A stretch of DNA of 16,514 nt, from NCBI GenBank assembly GCA_029858565.1, contig JAOUEV010000067.1, forward strand, positions 1-16,514, in the 5' to 3' direction. This document shows positions 7,433 to 14,903 of the stretch, in pieces. This DNA comes from Nitrospirota bacterium. GTDB taxonomy: Bacteria > Nitrospirota > UBA9217. The notes below the pieces were generated by a model. It saw only the letters and a list, made by a program, of their open reading frames with translations. It searched no databases and was not told the origin of the DNA. Positions within the stretch are counted from its first letter, which is position 1. Every line of letters starts with the position of its first letter. The position numbers were made by a program, and so were the translations under genes.

Positions 7433-7496
7433 GCATCACTCCTGCACTACAAAATGAAATTTCACACCAGATCCGAATGCGGTCTGTAGTGTCGTG

Positions 7497-9005
7497 TTAA
7501 TCCTTCGGCAAGAGACCGCGCCCTGATCCGCCATCATCGGTCCTGATCTTAAAAAACGCGACGGCCTCCTGAAGTTCTTTTCCCTGCATGGCGAGCTGTT
7601 CCGCAAGGGTCGATGTTTCCCCGGCGGTCCCCGCGTTCATCTGGATCGCCTGGTTCAACTGCTGAATAGCGCCGTTGATCTGTTCGGCCCCGGACAACTG
7701 CTCCTTCGAGGCGGCGCTGATCTCCTGCACCAGCTCCGCGGTCCGCTGAATATCCGGGACCAGCCTGTCGATCATGATTCCCGCCTGTTCGGAGATCTGC
7801 AGGGTGGCGGCCGACCTCGCAGTGATCTCCGCAGCCGCGGCCTGGCTGCGTTCGGCAAGCTTGCGCACTTCCGCCGCGACAACAGAGAATCCCTTTCCCT
7901 GCTCGCCGGCACGGGCCGCCTCGATCGCCGCGTTCAGGGCTAGCAGGTTCGTCTGGCGGGCGATCTCCTCGATGATCGATATCTTCGCAGTGATGTCCTT
8001 CATCGCGGCGACCGCATCGGACACGGCCTTGCCGCTCTCCCGGGCGTCCCGGGCGCCCTGCAGCGCGATCTTCTCGGTCTGGTAGGCGTTATCGGCGTTC
8101 TGCCTGATCGTGGCGTTCATCTCCTCCACGGCCGCCGATGCCTCCTCAGCCGAAGCAGCCTGCTCGCTGGTGCTCTGGGACATTTGGGCCGCGCCACCCG
8201 ATATTTCGCTGCTTCCCTGCGCAACAGTGTCCGAGACAGCTTTGACGCTTGCGACGACCTCCGACATCCTCGCGACCATGCTGTTCAGCATGGCAGCCAA
8301 CACGCCGATCTCATCCTGCCGGTCCAGGGAGATGGCAACGGTCAGATCTCCCTCGGAGATGCGCTGCGCCGTATGCGACAGCCTCCGGACAGGATCGGAA
8401 ATGCCCTTGCCCACGAAGAGGAACACGAGCGCCAGCGCGACCAGCAGCGCAAGGCTGCCCGAGGCCAGTGACCAAAGGAGCATGCTCCGCACCTGTCGGT
8501 TGACAGCTGATGACTTGAGCGCGATGCGGATTATGCCGATGCGCTTCTTGTCGGCATCCATCAGAGGAATGACCTTTTCGTACACACTGCCGCTGCCAAG
8601 GGCATAGGAATGCAGCAGCGGTTCGGCCGCCGACAGCGCGCGCTTCGCAGGATCGTCGCCGAGGACCCGGTTCTCATCGGACACCGCGCTGGAATAGAGC
8701 ACCTTGCCGCCCAAGTCCATGACCATGGCGTGGGCCAGGTCCTCGTTTTGCTCGGTCAAAGCGCGGAATTTTTCTCCAATGCCGCCCAGACCGTCCAGCG
8801 GGATCCCGAATCCCAGGGATTTATCAATGTCCTTCTTGACCCCTTCGACGACCGTCGTCACCCGGTCAATGAGCGCTTCCCGGTAGCGCCCTGCAGCGGA
8901 ATAGGTAATGAAGAATGTGTTGAGGCTCAGCGCCAGGAACAGGACACCGGCTGTCGCCAGTACTGCTTTTGTCTTTAAGGTCATACGGGAAAACATGACT
9001 ATCAC
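7497..9005 (-). CDS. Methyl-accepting chemotaxis protein (2 TM, extracytoplasmic Cache-like domain, HAMP, signalling domain)
   Basis: Two hydrophobic helices flank a ~150-aa sensor. HAMP (ISDPVRRL...GDLT...DEIGVLA). Hairpin tip [40 protein letters not shown]. Start uncertain (GTG 9005 or ATG 8996). Confidence 0.95.
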   Translation of the reverse strand: MIVMFSRMTLKTKAVLATAGVLFLALSLNTFFITYSAAGRYREALIDRVTTVVEGVKKDIDKSLGFGIPLDGLGGIGEKFRALTEQNEDLAHAMVMDLGGKVLYSSAVSDENRVLGDDPAKRALSAAEPLLHSYALGSGSVYEKVIPLMDADKKRIGIIRIALKSSAVNRQVRSMLLWSLASGSLALLVALALVFLFVGKGISDPVRRLSHTAQRISEGDLTVAISLDRQDEIGVLAAMLNSMVARMSEVVASVKAVSDTVAQGSSEISGGAAQMSQSTSEQAASAEEASAAVEEMNATIRQNADNAYQTEKIALQGARDARESGKAVSDAVAAMKDITAKISIIEEIARQTNLLALNAAIEAARAGEQGKGFSVVAAEVRKLAERSQAAAAEITARSAATLQISEQAGIMIDRLVPDIQRTAELVQEISAASKEQLSGAEQINGAIQQLNQAIQMNAGTAGETSTLAEQLAMQGKELQEAVAFFKIRTDDGGSGRGLLPKD

Positions 9006-9049
9006 TTGCCTGCGATGCTCCTGCCGTTGTTTTGGCGATACCGCAACCG

Positions 9050-9613
9050 TTATTCCCTCTTGCCCAGGAGCTCGAGCATTTCCATGCGCGTGGATTCCTT
9101 GGTACGGAAGATGCCGCGCACCGCCGACGTGACCACCCGGGAACCCGGCTTTTTCACGCCGCGCATGCTCATACAGAGGTGTTCCGCGTCGATCACGACC
9201 ATCGCGCCCTTGGGCTTCAGGCTCGACACGATCAGGTCGGCGAACTGGGTCGTGAGCCGCTCCTGCACCTGGGGCCGCTTTGCAAACACCTCAAGCGCCT
9301 TGGCAAGGGAGCTTATGCCGACGATCTTGCCGGCGCCGGGAATATAGGCGATGTGCGCCTTGCCGAAAAAGGGGACAAGATGGTGTTCGCACACCGAGTA
9401 GAACGCAATATCCCGGATCATCACCATCTCATCGTGCGTCTCGCCCGCTATGGGGACCAGCAGTTTTTCCGTGTCCGCTGCAATGCCGGAGAATATCTCT
9501 CCATACATCTCGGCCACGCGCTGCGGCGTGCTCTTGAGTCCGGGACGCTCCGCGTTCTCGCCGATCCCTTCAATGATCAGGCGAACGCCTTTTTCGATCT
9601 TCTTAATATCCAT
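9050..9613 (-). CDS. folE: GTP cyclohydrolase I
   Basis: Motifs [31 protein letters not shown] and [11 protein letters not shown] (Zn ligands intact). Confidence 0.97.
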   Translation of the reverse strand: MDIKKIEKGVRLIIEGIGENAERPGLKSTPQRVAEMYGEIFSGIAADTEKLLVPIAGETHDEMVMIRDIAFYSVCEHHLVPFFGKAHIAYIPGAGKIVGISSLAKALEVFAKRPQVQERLTTQFADLIVSSLKPKGAMVVIDAEHLCMSMRGVKKPGSRVVTSAVRGIFRTKESTRMEMLELLGKRE

Positions 9614-9700
9614 GATCAGCCTTTATCACTGGATGCGCTGGAAATGACCGTCATGCAGTGAGCAAGCGCTTCCGCTTTTTTCATCCTGTGATCTCTATGT

Positions 9701-10255
9701 TCATTTGTTTACCACTAAGACCCGGTTTTCCGTCACGATCCTCTTGACCGGGATGTCATGATCATCAACAGGCACCGACGGCAGGACCTGGAGCTCGAAT
9801 GCCAGAGCGACGGTCGGACCGGAGTAAGCCGGGAGCAGCCGGTCGTAGTACCCCGCTCCATATCCGACGCGGTTTCCCTGTTCATCGAACACCGCTCCGG
9901 GCACCACGATCAGGCCAATGTCCGCAAGCGGGACCGGTGTCCCGCGCTCCGGTTCGGGGATCCCCCACGCGCCGGGCAGCATGTCTTTATCGAAGTTCGC
10001 GATCTCAAGCAGTACCAGTTCCTTACCCTTCACCTTCGGCAGGACGACCCGCTTGCCCTCGGCAAGAGCGCGCCGGATCATGAAGTGGGTCTCCACTTCG
10101 CTCTGAAACGATGCAAAGAACAGTACCACCGCTGCTGCCTCGAACTCCGGCAGGCTGAACAGCCGCTGCTCGATCGCCCTGCTCCGCGCCCTCCGCTCCT
10201 CAGGCGTCAGCGCAAAGCGCTCGTCGAGCACCTTCTTCCGTATCGCGCTCTTCAC
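9701..10255 (-). CDS. fau: 5-formyltetrahydrofolate cyclo-ligase (Fau/YgfA family)
   Basis: K..IR N-terminus, SEVET, VVLPKV, WGIPEP, IVVPGAVFD..GNRVGYGAGYYDRLL and HDIPV..IVTE. GTG start overlaps the cooC stop (GTGA). Confidence 0.93.
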   Translation of the reverse strand: MKSAIRKKVLDERFALTPEERRARSRAIEQRLFSLPEFEAAAVVLFFASFQSEVETHFMIRRALAEGKRVVLPKVKGKELVLLEIANFDKDMLPGAWGIPEPERGTPVPLADIGLIVVPGAVFDEQGNRVGYGAGYYDRLLPAYSGPTVALAFELQVLPSVPVDDHDIPVKRIVTENRVLVVNK

Positions 10256-11034
10256 TTCTTTTGTATCATCTGGTCCAGCGCGGCCTTGATGACCTTCGCC
10301 TCGTCGACCGCCGCGGGAGCGGCATCGAAGGCGGACCTGCCATCCAGATCAGCCTGTACCGTATCCGCGGAGAACCGCATGTATCCCAGGACCTGCATGT
10401 CTCCCAGGTTCTTTTCGATGAATGCCTTGTCCGTATCCCGCTGGATCTTGTTCCCGACCACGAATACCTGCTTGACGCCGAGCCCCTTCGCCAGGTTCTC
10501 CACATGGTGCGCTGTCTGCAGGCTCCGCTGACCGGGCTCAACGACCACGATAAAGGCATCCACGCTGCCCGCGGTACCGCGCGTCAGGTGCTCGATCCCC
10601 GCTTCCATATCCAGGATCACCACTTCATTACTGCGCAGAATAAGATGGCTGATCAGCCGTCGCAGCAGCACATGTTCGGGGCAGTAGCAGCCCGCTGCAG
10701 CTTCCTTGGACTTTCCCATGATCAACAGGCGGACACCGTCCCGCCGGATGCTGTACTTTTCCGGAATATCGTCGACCTTCGGATTGATCCGGAACATGCC
10801 GCCCGGTGCGCCCGGCCGGGAACCGGTCCGCTCCTCGATCATATCGGTCTGTTCGGCAAGCGGCAGCGCCTTTGCCGCTTCTTCCGGCGATATTCCGAGC
10901 GACGATGCCAGATTAGCATCAGGATCCGCGTCGACAGCCAGGACCGTGCGGCCCTCGGCAGCATAGAGACGCGCCAGAAGGCCGGCAAGTGTTGTTTTTC
11001 CAACACCTCCCTTGCCGGTAATCGCGATTTTCAC
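10252..11034 (-). CDS. cooC: CO dehydrogenase/ACS nickel-insertion ATPase (CooC/AcsF family)
   Basis: Deviant Walker A GKGGVGKTT, DADPDANL, Ni-binding CxC (GCYCPE) and DMEAGIEHLTRGT. GTG start with SD AAGGAG. Confidence 0.92.
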   Translation of the reverse strand: MKIAITGKGGVGKTTLAGLLARLYAAEGRTVLAVDADPDANLASSLGISPEEAAKALPLAEQTDMIEERTGSRPGAPGGMFRINPKVDDIPEKYSIRRDGVRLLIMGKSKEAAAGCYCPEHVLLRRLISHLILRSNEVVILDMEAGIEHLTRGTAGSVDAFIVVVEPGQRSLQTAHHVENLAKGLGVKQVFVVGNKIQRDTDKAFIEKNLGDMQVLGYMRFSADTVQADLDGRSAFDAAPAAVDEAKVIKAALDQMIQKK

Positions 11035-11063
11035 GGCAAAATCTCCTTAAATTCAGGTTGGGC

Positions 11064-11093
11064 AACATAGCATCTGAAAAGCAAAAGAGTCAA
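11064..11093 (-). promoter_or_regulatory. sigma70-type promoter of the cooC-fau-folE-mcp-oxidoreductase-metVF operon
   Basis: Minus strand reads TTGACT (11093-11088)-N18-TATGTT (11069-11064) with an extended -10 TG and an AT-rich tract upstream. Confidence 0.55.
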
Positions 11094-11223
11094 GGATTTT
11101 TTGTTATGTTTATTTTCATCGTGGTTACGGTTCGTAACGCGCAACCTTGTCTCCAGTGACATTTTTTCTAGTGCTCTAATGCGGGAACAAGGGCATGGTT
11201 TCCGCCTGAAATGATCGACGCAC

Positions 11224-11256
11224 AAAAAAAAGGGAATGGCTTGGTTGCCATTCCCT
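11224..11256 (-). terminator. Intrinsic terminator after the receiver-protein pair
   Basis: Perfect 10-bp stem AGGGAATGGC (11231-11240)/GCCATTCCCT (11247-11256), followed on the minus strand by a long T run. Confidence 0.9.
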
Positions 11257-11287
11257 GTCCCGTACTATCCGACGGACCTGGTGTCCC

Positions 11288-11665
11288 CTATGTAGCAGAT
11301 TCAAAGAGCTTAGCTATCAGCGCGTGCAGATCGCTCGGCTGAAAAGGCTTCTTCACATAACCGTTCGCACCGATGGCAAGACCGCGCTCCGTGTCCTCCT
11401 CCTTGCCTTCGGTACTGACAATGATGATCGGGATCTTGTCGAACTTGCCAAGAGCCTTTACTTTCTGGATGAACTCAAGCCCGTTCATGAGCGGCATGTT
11501 GATATCCACAAGCATAAGGTCCACATCTGCGTTCTGTTCCAGCTTATCCAGCGCTTCCTGACCATTCAAGGCATCAACAACCTTGCACCGGTAACGCATC
11601 AGCACCATTTTATACATCTGGTGGATCAGCGCTGAATCGTCCACAACCAGAACTTTCTTGAGCAT
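11288..11665 (-). CDS. Single-domain response regulator (CheY-like)
   Basis: VLVVDD, phospho-Asp in LVDINMP, IIVST and YVKKPF; 125 aa; SD AGGAGG. Confidence 0.93.
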   Translation of the reverse strand: MLKKVLVVDDSALIHQMYKMVLMRYRCKVVDALNGQEALDKLEQNADVDLMLVDINMPLMNGLEFIQKVKALGKFDKIPIIIVSTEGKEEDTERGLAIGANGYVKKPFQPSDLHALIAKLFESAT

Positions 11666-11713
11666 GGTCCCCTCCTGCTGCCTGCGCGTGCAAATCAGAT
11701 AACAACGATCCCG

Positions 11714-12109
11714 TCATTTTTCTACCGGGATTCCCAGTTCCTGGATCTTCCGCATCAACACTTTGATATCAACTGGCTTTGTATAGTATGCCACAGCACC
11801 CCGTGCATAGGTATCCTGCTCCACCTCTTCAGAACCATGTGCCGTCATAATGATGACCGGGGTGTCCGGCCAGTACCGTTTGATATAGGATAGGATCTCA
11901 AGTCCCTCGACGCCCAGCATGCCGGACATGCGTATGTCGGCGATGACCGCGTCGAAGCGGTGTCGTTTCAAGGCATCTTCCGCGGTCTCGAGCCTTCCCG
12001 CCGTTGATATTTCCACGCCCGTGGCACGCAATGCGTAGGACAATGTGAGCAGGATCGTCGGCTCATCATCAACGATCAGGATACGTTTTAACCCCGAACC
12101 ATCGTTCAT
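11714..12109 (-). CDS. Single-domain response regulator
   Basis: ILIVDDE, IADIRMSGMLGVEGL (short insertion after the phospho-Asp), IIMTAHG and YYTKPVD; 131 aa. Confidence 0.9.
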   Translation of the reverse strand: MNDGSGLKRILIVDDEPTILLTLSYALRATGVEISTAGRLETAEDALKRHRFDAVIADIRMSGMLGVEGLEILSYIKRYWPDTPVIIMTAHGSEEVEQDTYARGAVAYYTKPVDIKVLMRKIQELGIPVEK

Positions 12110-12154
12110 ACAAGATGCGTAATGCCCCCGAGGGACCTTTTCGAAAACATTTCA

Positions 12155-12163
12155 ATTATACCA
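12155..12163 (-). promoter_or_regulatory. Extended -10 promoter candidate for the receiver pair
   Basis: Minus strand TGGTATAAT about 46 nt upstream of ATG 12109. Confidence 0.5.
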
Positions 12164-12248
12164 AAAAATCAAACCGTTACCAGCATTCTTTTAATGAAGG
12201 CGCATGAGGGCATTGCAGACTCATATCCGATCCGGCCAGGGGTCCGGC

Positions 12249-12277
12249 TTGCATTTGGAGAACAAAGATGCTAATGT
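12249..12277 (+). promoter_or_regulatory. Candidate rlmN promoter
   Basis: TTGCAT (12249-12254)-N17-TAATGT (12272-12277) with an extended -10 TG. Confidence 0.45.
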
Positions 12278-12284
12278 GCCCAGG

Positions 12285-13337
12285 ATGGGTCCCGCAAGCA
12301 TTCTCCCGAACATCAAATCCCCTGGAGCCGAAGGTCTGGCGCCGCTCCTGATGGAGCATGGCTTCCCTCGCTACCGCGCCGGCCAGATCCTGCAATGGAT
12401 CTACCAGCACCACGCCGCGCGATTTGATGAGATGACCAATATTGCCAAGCCGGACCGTGCCCGCCTTGCCTCGCTCTTTTCGATCCTTTCGCTCGATCCG
12501 ATCCGTGTGGAACGTTCAACCGATGGGACCAGAAAGTTCCTGTTCCGCCTTGAGGACGACCATGCTGTCGAGAGCGTTCTGATCCCTGATGAGGAACGGA
12601 TGACGCTCTGCATCTCCTCCCAGGTCGGGTGCCGACAAGCATGCCGGTTCTGCCTCACCGGGAGCAGCGGATTCCTCCGGGACCTCCACGGTTGGGAGAT
12701 CGCCGATCAGGTCCTGCAGATCGCCCGTGTGCTCCGAAAGGAAGGCGACCGGACGATCACGAACATCGTGCTCATGGGCATGGGCGAACCGCTGGACAAC
12801 TATGACGAGGTCATCGCGGCGCTGAAGATCATTACCGCTGCCGACGGGCTCGGCCTCTCTCCCCGGAGGATCACGCTGTCGACTGCCGGCCTTGCTCCGC
12901 AGATCGTCCAGCTTGGGGCATCGGGCAACAGGGTGAACCTTGCTATCTCGCTCAACGCGCCAAACGATGCCGTCCGGGACCGCATCATGCCGGTGAACCG
13001 GCGGCATCCGCTGAAAGAACTGCTCGCGGCATGCAAAAAATATCCGCTGGACCCTCGCCGACGGATCACTTTTGAATACGTGCTGTTAAAGGGCGTGAAC
13101 GATTCCGAGGATGATGCCGTCGCCGTTGCACGGCTGCTCAAGGGCATCCGCTGCAAGATCAACCTCATCCCCTTCAATCCCTTTCCCGGCGCCCCCTTCG
13201 AGCGGCCGGATGATTCAACGGTCCGGCGCTTTCAGAACATCCTGCTTGACCGTCACTACACCGCGCCGGTCCGTGAGTCCCGGGGGCGGGATATATCAGC
13301 AGCCTGTGGGCAGTTGCGCGAGCGGATCTCCGGATAG
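12285..13337 (+). CDS. rlmN: 23S rRNA (A2503-C2)/tRNA methyltransferase, radical SAM
   Basis: TLCISSQVGCRQACRFC (CxxxCxxC), MGMGEPL, ISLNA, ITFEYVLL.GVND, NLIPFNP and RGRDISAACGQL. Start placed at ATG 12285 because the extension to 12204 does not look like RlmN. Confidence 0.95.
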   Translation: MGPASILPNIKSPGAEGLAPLLMEHGFPRYRAGQILQWIYQHHAARFDEMTNIAKPDRARLASLFSILSLDPIRVERSTDGTRKFLFRLEDDHAVESVLIPDEERMTLCISSQVGCRQACRFCLTGSSGFLRDLHGWEIADQVLQIARVLRKEGDRTITNIVLMGMGEPLDNYDEVIAALKIITAADGLGLSPRRITLSTAGLAPQIVQLGASGNRVNLAISLNAPNDAVRDRIMPVNRRHPLKELLAACKKYPLDPRRRITFEYVLLKGVNDSEDDAVAVARLLKGIRCKINLIPFNPFPGAPFERPDDSTVRRFQNILLDRHYTAPVRESRGRDISAACGQLRERISG

Positions 13338-13442
13338 ATCCAGCAGCAGCACGTCCACCCGGGAAACCTTTGCTGATTCGGCCCTTCCCCCCACTTCACA
13401 CTGCACATTCCAAAGAACTTCCGGAAAAGCGGCAGCACCACA

Positions 13443-13461
13443 ACCGGTCTCGAAGACCGGT
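13443..13461. terminator. Hairpin between the convergent rlmN and cheY-like genes
   Basis: ACCGGTCT-cga-AGACCGGT, a perfect 8-bp inverted repeat. No clear U tract on either strand. Confidence 0.4.
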
Positions 13462-13487
13462 GCCCTGCAGTCCCGATGTTAAAAGGA

Positions 13488-13868
13488 TTACTTCTTCCCT
13501 TCAAGGATCTGGGTTACGACATTCAGGAGATCGGCGGTCTGGATGGGTTTCGCGATATATGCGTTCGCCCCGAGCGAGAGTCCGCGCTTGCGGTCCTCAT
13601 CGGCGCCTTCGGTGGTGATGATGATTATGGGAATGGCTTTGTTCACGGGATCGTTCCGAACCATCGAGACAAGCTTCAGACCATCCATGATCGGCATGTT
13701 GATGTCCGTCAGGATCACATCGAATTTCTGGGTCGAAAGCTTCTTGAGCGCGTCGATGCCGTCATTTGCCTCGACGACCTTGCTTCCCGGAATGCGTTTG
13801 AGCGCGAACGTGATGAGCTGACGCATCGTGGGAGAATCTTCAACCACCAGAAAATTATGCTCCGGCAT
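13488..13868 (-). CDS. cheY: CheY-like single-domain response regulator of the che operon
   Basis: FLVVEDS, ILTDINMP, IIITTEG and YIAKPI. Last gene of the cheR-cheB-GAF run. Confidence 0.85.
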   Translation of the reverse strand: MPEHNFLVVEDSPTMRQLITFALKRIPGSKVVEANDGIDALKKLSTQKFDVILTDINMPIMDGLKLVSMVRNDPVNKAIPIIIITTEGADEDRKRGLSLGANAYIAKPIQTADLLNVVTQILEGKK

Positions 13869-13877
13869 TCCGTCCCC

Positions 13878-14702
13878 CTATTTCTCTTTCAGCAGATCAA
13901 GGAAGCTCTGGATAGTGGACAACTTGCGCTCTGATTGCGAATAGAGCTTTGAAGAGAAGAGCGCGGTCGCAGCATGTCCGGCGAGCATGGAAAAGAGCTC
14001 GTAGTCCATGTTCGAGAAGGCGGTTTTCTGGACCAGGAGCTTGTAGATAACGATCGATCCGATCACATGCTCCTTGATCTTGAGGGGAATGCAGACCAGC
14101 GGGTGGGAGTAGTCCACACCCTTCAGGTCGGTTGGATCGCCTTCCCGGTAGAAAGCCTCACCGGATTTGATGACCGTACCGATAATGCCCTCGCCGATCT
14201 TGATGGGATCATGCATTTCAGGCCCCATCCCCTCCTGGGCGACCACAATAAGATCATTGGTCTTCTCATCAAGCATCATGATGGAGAACTCCTCGGCGCC
14301 GATGAGGTTCATCACGATCTCGAGGATGATCTTGAGGGACTCATTGAAATCAAGGGTTGAATGAAGCTGATAGCTGGCTACGTAAAGGTTCGCCAGATTG
14401 TTGTTCTCCGACTCGACCTCGACGTAGCGGCTGGCAAAATCCTTGTTCTCTTCCTCGACCTGACGATACCGTTCGAGCAGGCTCTTGTTCTCTTCCTCAA
14501 GGAACTGGATCCGCTCCTCCATGGAGTGCACCTTGAAGTTCCCCTCCCGGTCCGAGAACTTGGAAACTTCCTCGAGCTGGGCAAGCCGGTAGCGAAGCTT
14601 CTCGTTCTCCCGAAGAATCTCCTGGGTGAATTCCTCTCCCTTTTTAAAGACCTGGAGGAATTCCTCCACCTTCTTGTTCAGGGATCCGGTTTCCTTGTCC
14701 AT
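13878..14702 (-). CDS. Coiled-coil + GAF domain protein with no output domain (274 aa)
   Basis: Strong SD AAGGAGG before ATG 14702 (MDKET...), preferred over 14777. N-terminal heptads. GAF hallmarks LHSTLDF, IGEGIIG.V..SGE, LVCIPLK, F...DYELFSMLA.HAATAL. Confidence 0.88.
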   Translation of the reverse strand: MDKETGSLNKKVEEFLQVFKKGEEFTQEILRENEKLRYRLAQLEEVSKFSDREGNFKVHSMEERIQFLEEENKSLLERYRQVEEENKDFASRYVEVESENNNLANLYVASYQLHSTLDFNESLKIILEIVMNLIGAEEFSIMMLDEKTNDLIVVAQEGMGPEMHDPIKIGEGIIGTVIKSGEAFYREGDPTDLKGVDYSHPLVCIPLKIKEHVIGSIVIYKLLVQKTAFSNMDYELFSMLAGHAATALFSSKLYSQSERKLSTIQSFLDLLKEK

Positions 14703-14815
14703 CCTGTCCTCCTTGTACGCCGGTTCGTGACCGTACCCGCACCGGCGAGAATCCAGCCGGACGCGTCCTTGCATCAACGTGGCATATTCGGTCCACCGAG
14801 CACCGAATAACGACC

Positions 14816-14844
14816 ATTATAGACGAGACGTTGTAATTTATCAA
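14816..14844 (-). promoter_or_regulatory. Internal sigma70 promoter for GAF-cheY
   Basis: Minus strand reads TTGATA (14844-14839)-N17-TATAAT (14821-14816), near consensus, within the 200-nt gap after cheB. Confidence 0.75.
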
Positions 14845-14903
14845 GCCCATTGTGGTTTGCAAAACTGCCTGCACGATGGTGCCAGCAGTCCCTGAAACCG
14901 GGA

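Noticed and set aside
5618-7489. Long plus-strand ORFs (623 aa here; also 4107-4958, 10261-11070, 15252-16055 and others)
   Set aside because: They are antisense shadows of well-supported GC-rich genes, with no recognisable motifs.
11035-11223. 6S RNA, THF/SAM riboswitch, Rex box, or the 64-aa ORF upstream of cooC-fau
   Set aside because: No long 6S-like hairpin or riboswitch consensus is visible. The best Rex-like match is only about half the consensus. The ORF lacks an RBS and overlaps the promoter and terminator.
14703-14815. c-di-GMP (GEMM) riboswitch in the GAF leader
   Set aside because: It lacks the GGCAAA...GNRA...GACGCAAA pattern of GEMM-I.
14869-14885. sigma54-like TGGCAC...TGCA on the minus strand after cheB
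   Set aside because: The GG-GC spacing is 9 nt rather than the obligatory 10, and a good sigma70 promoter lies just downstream.
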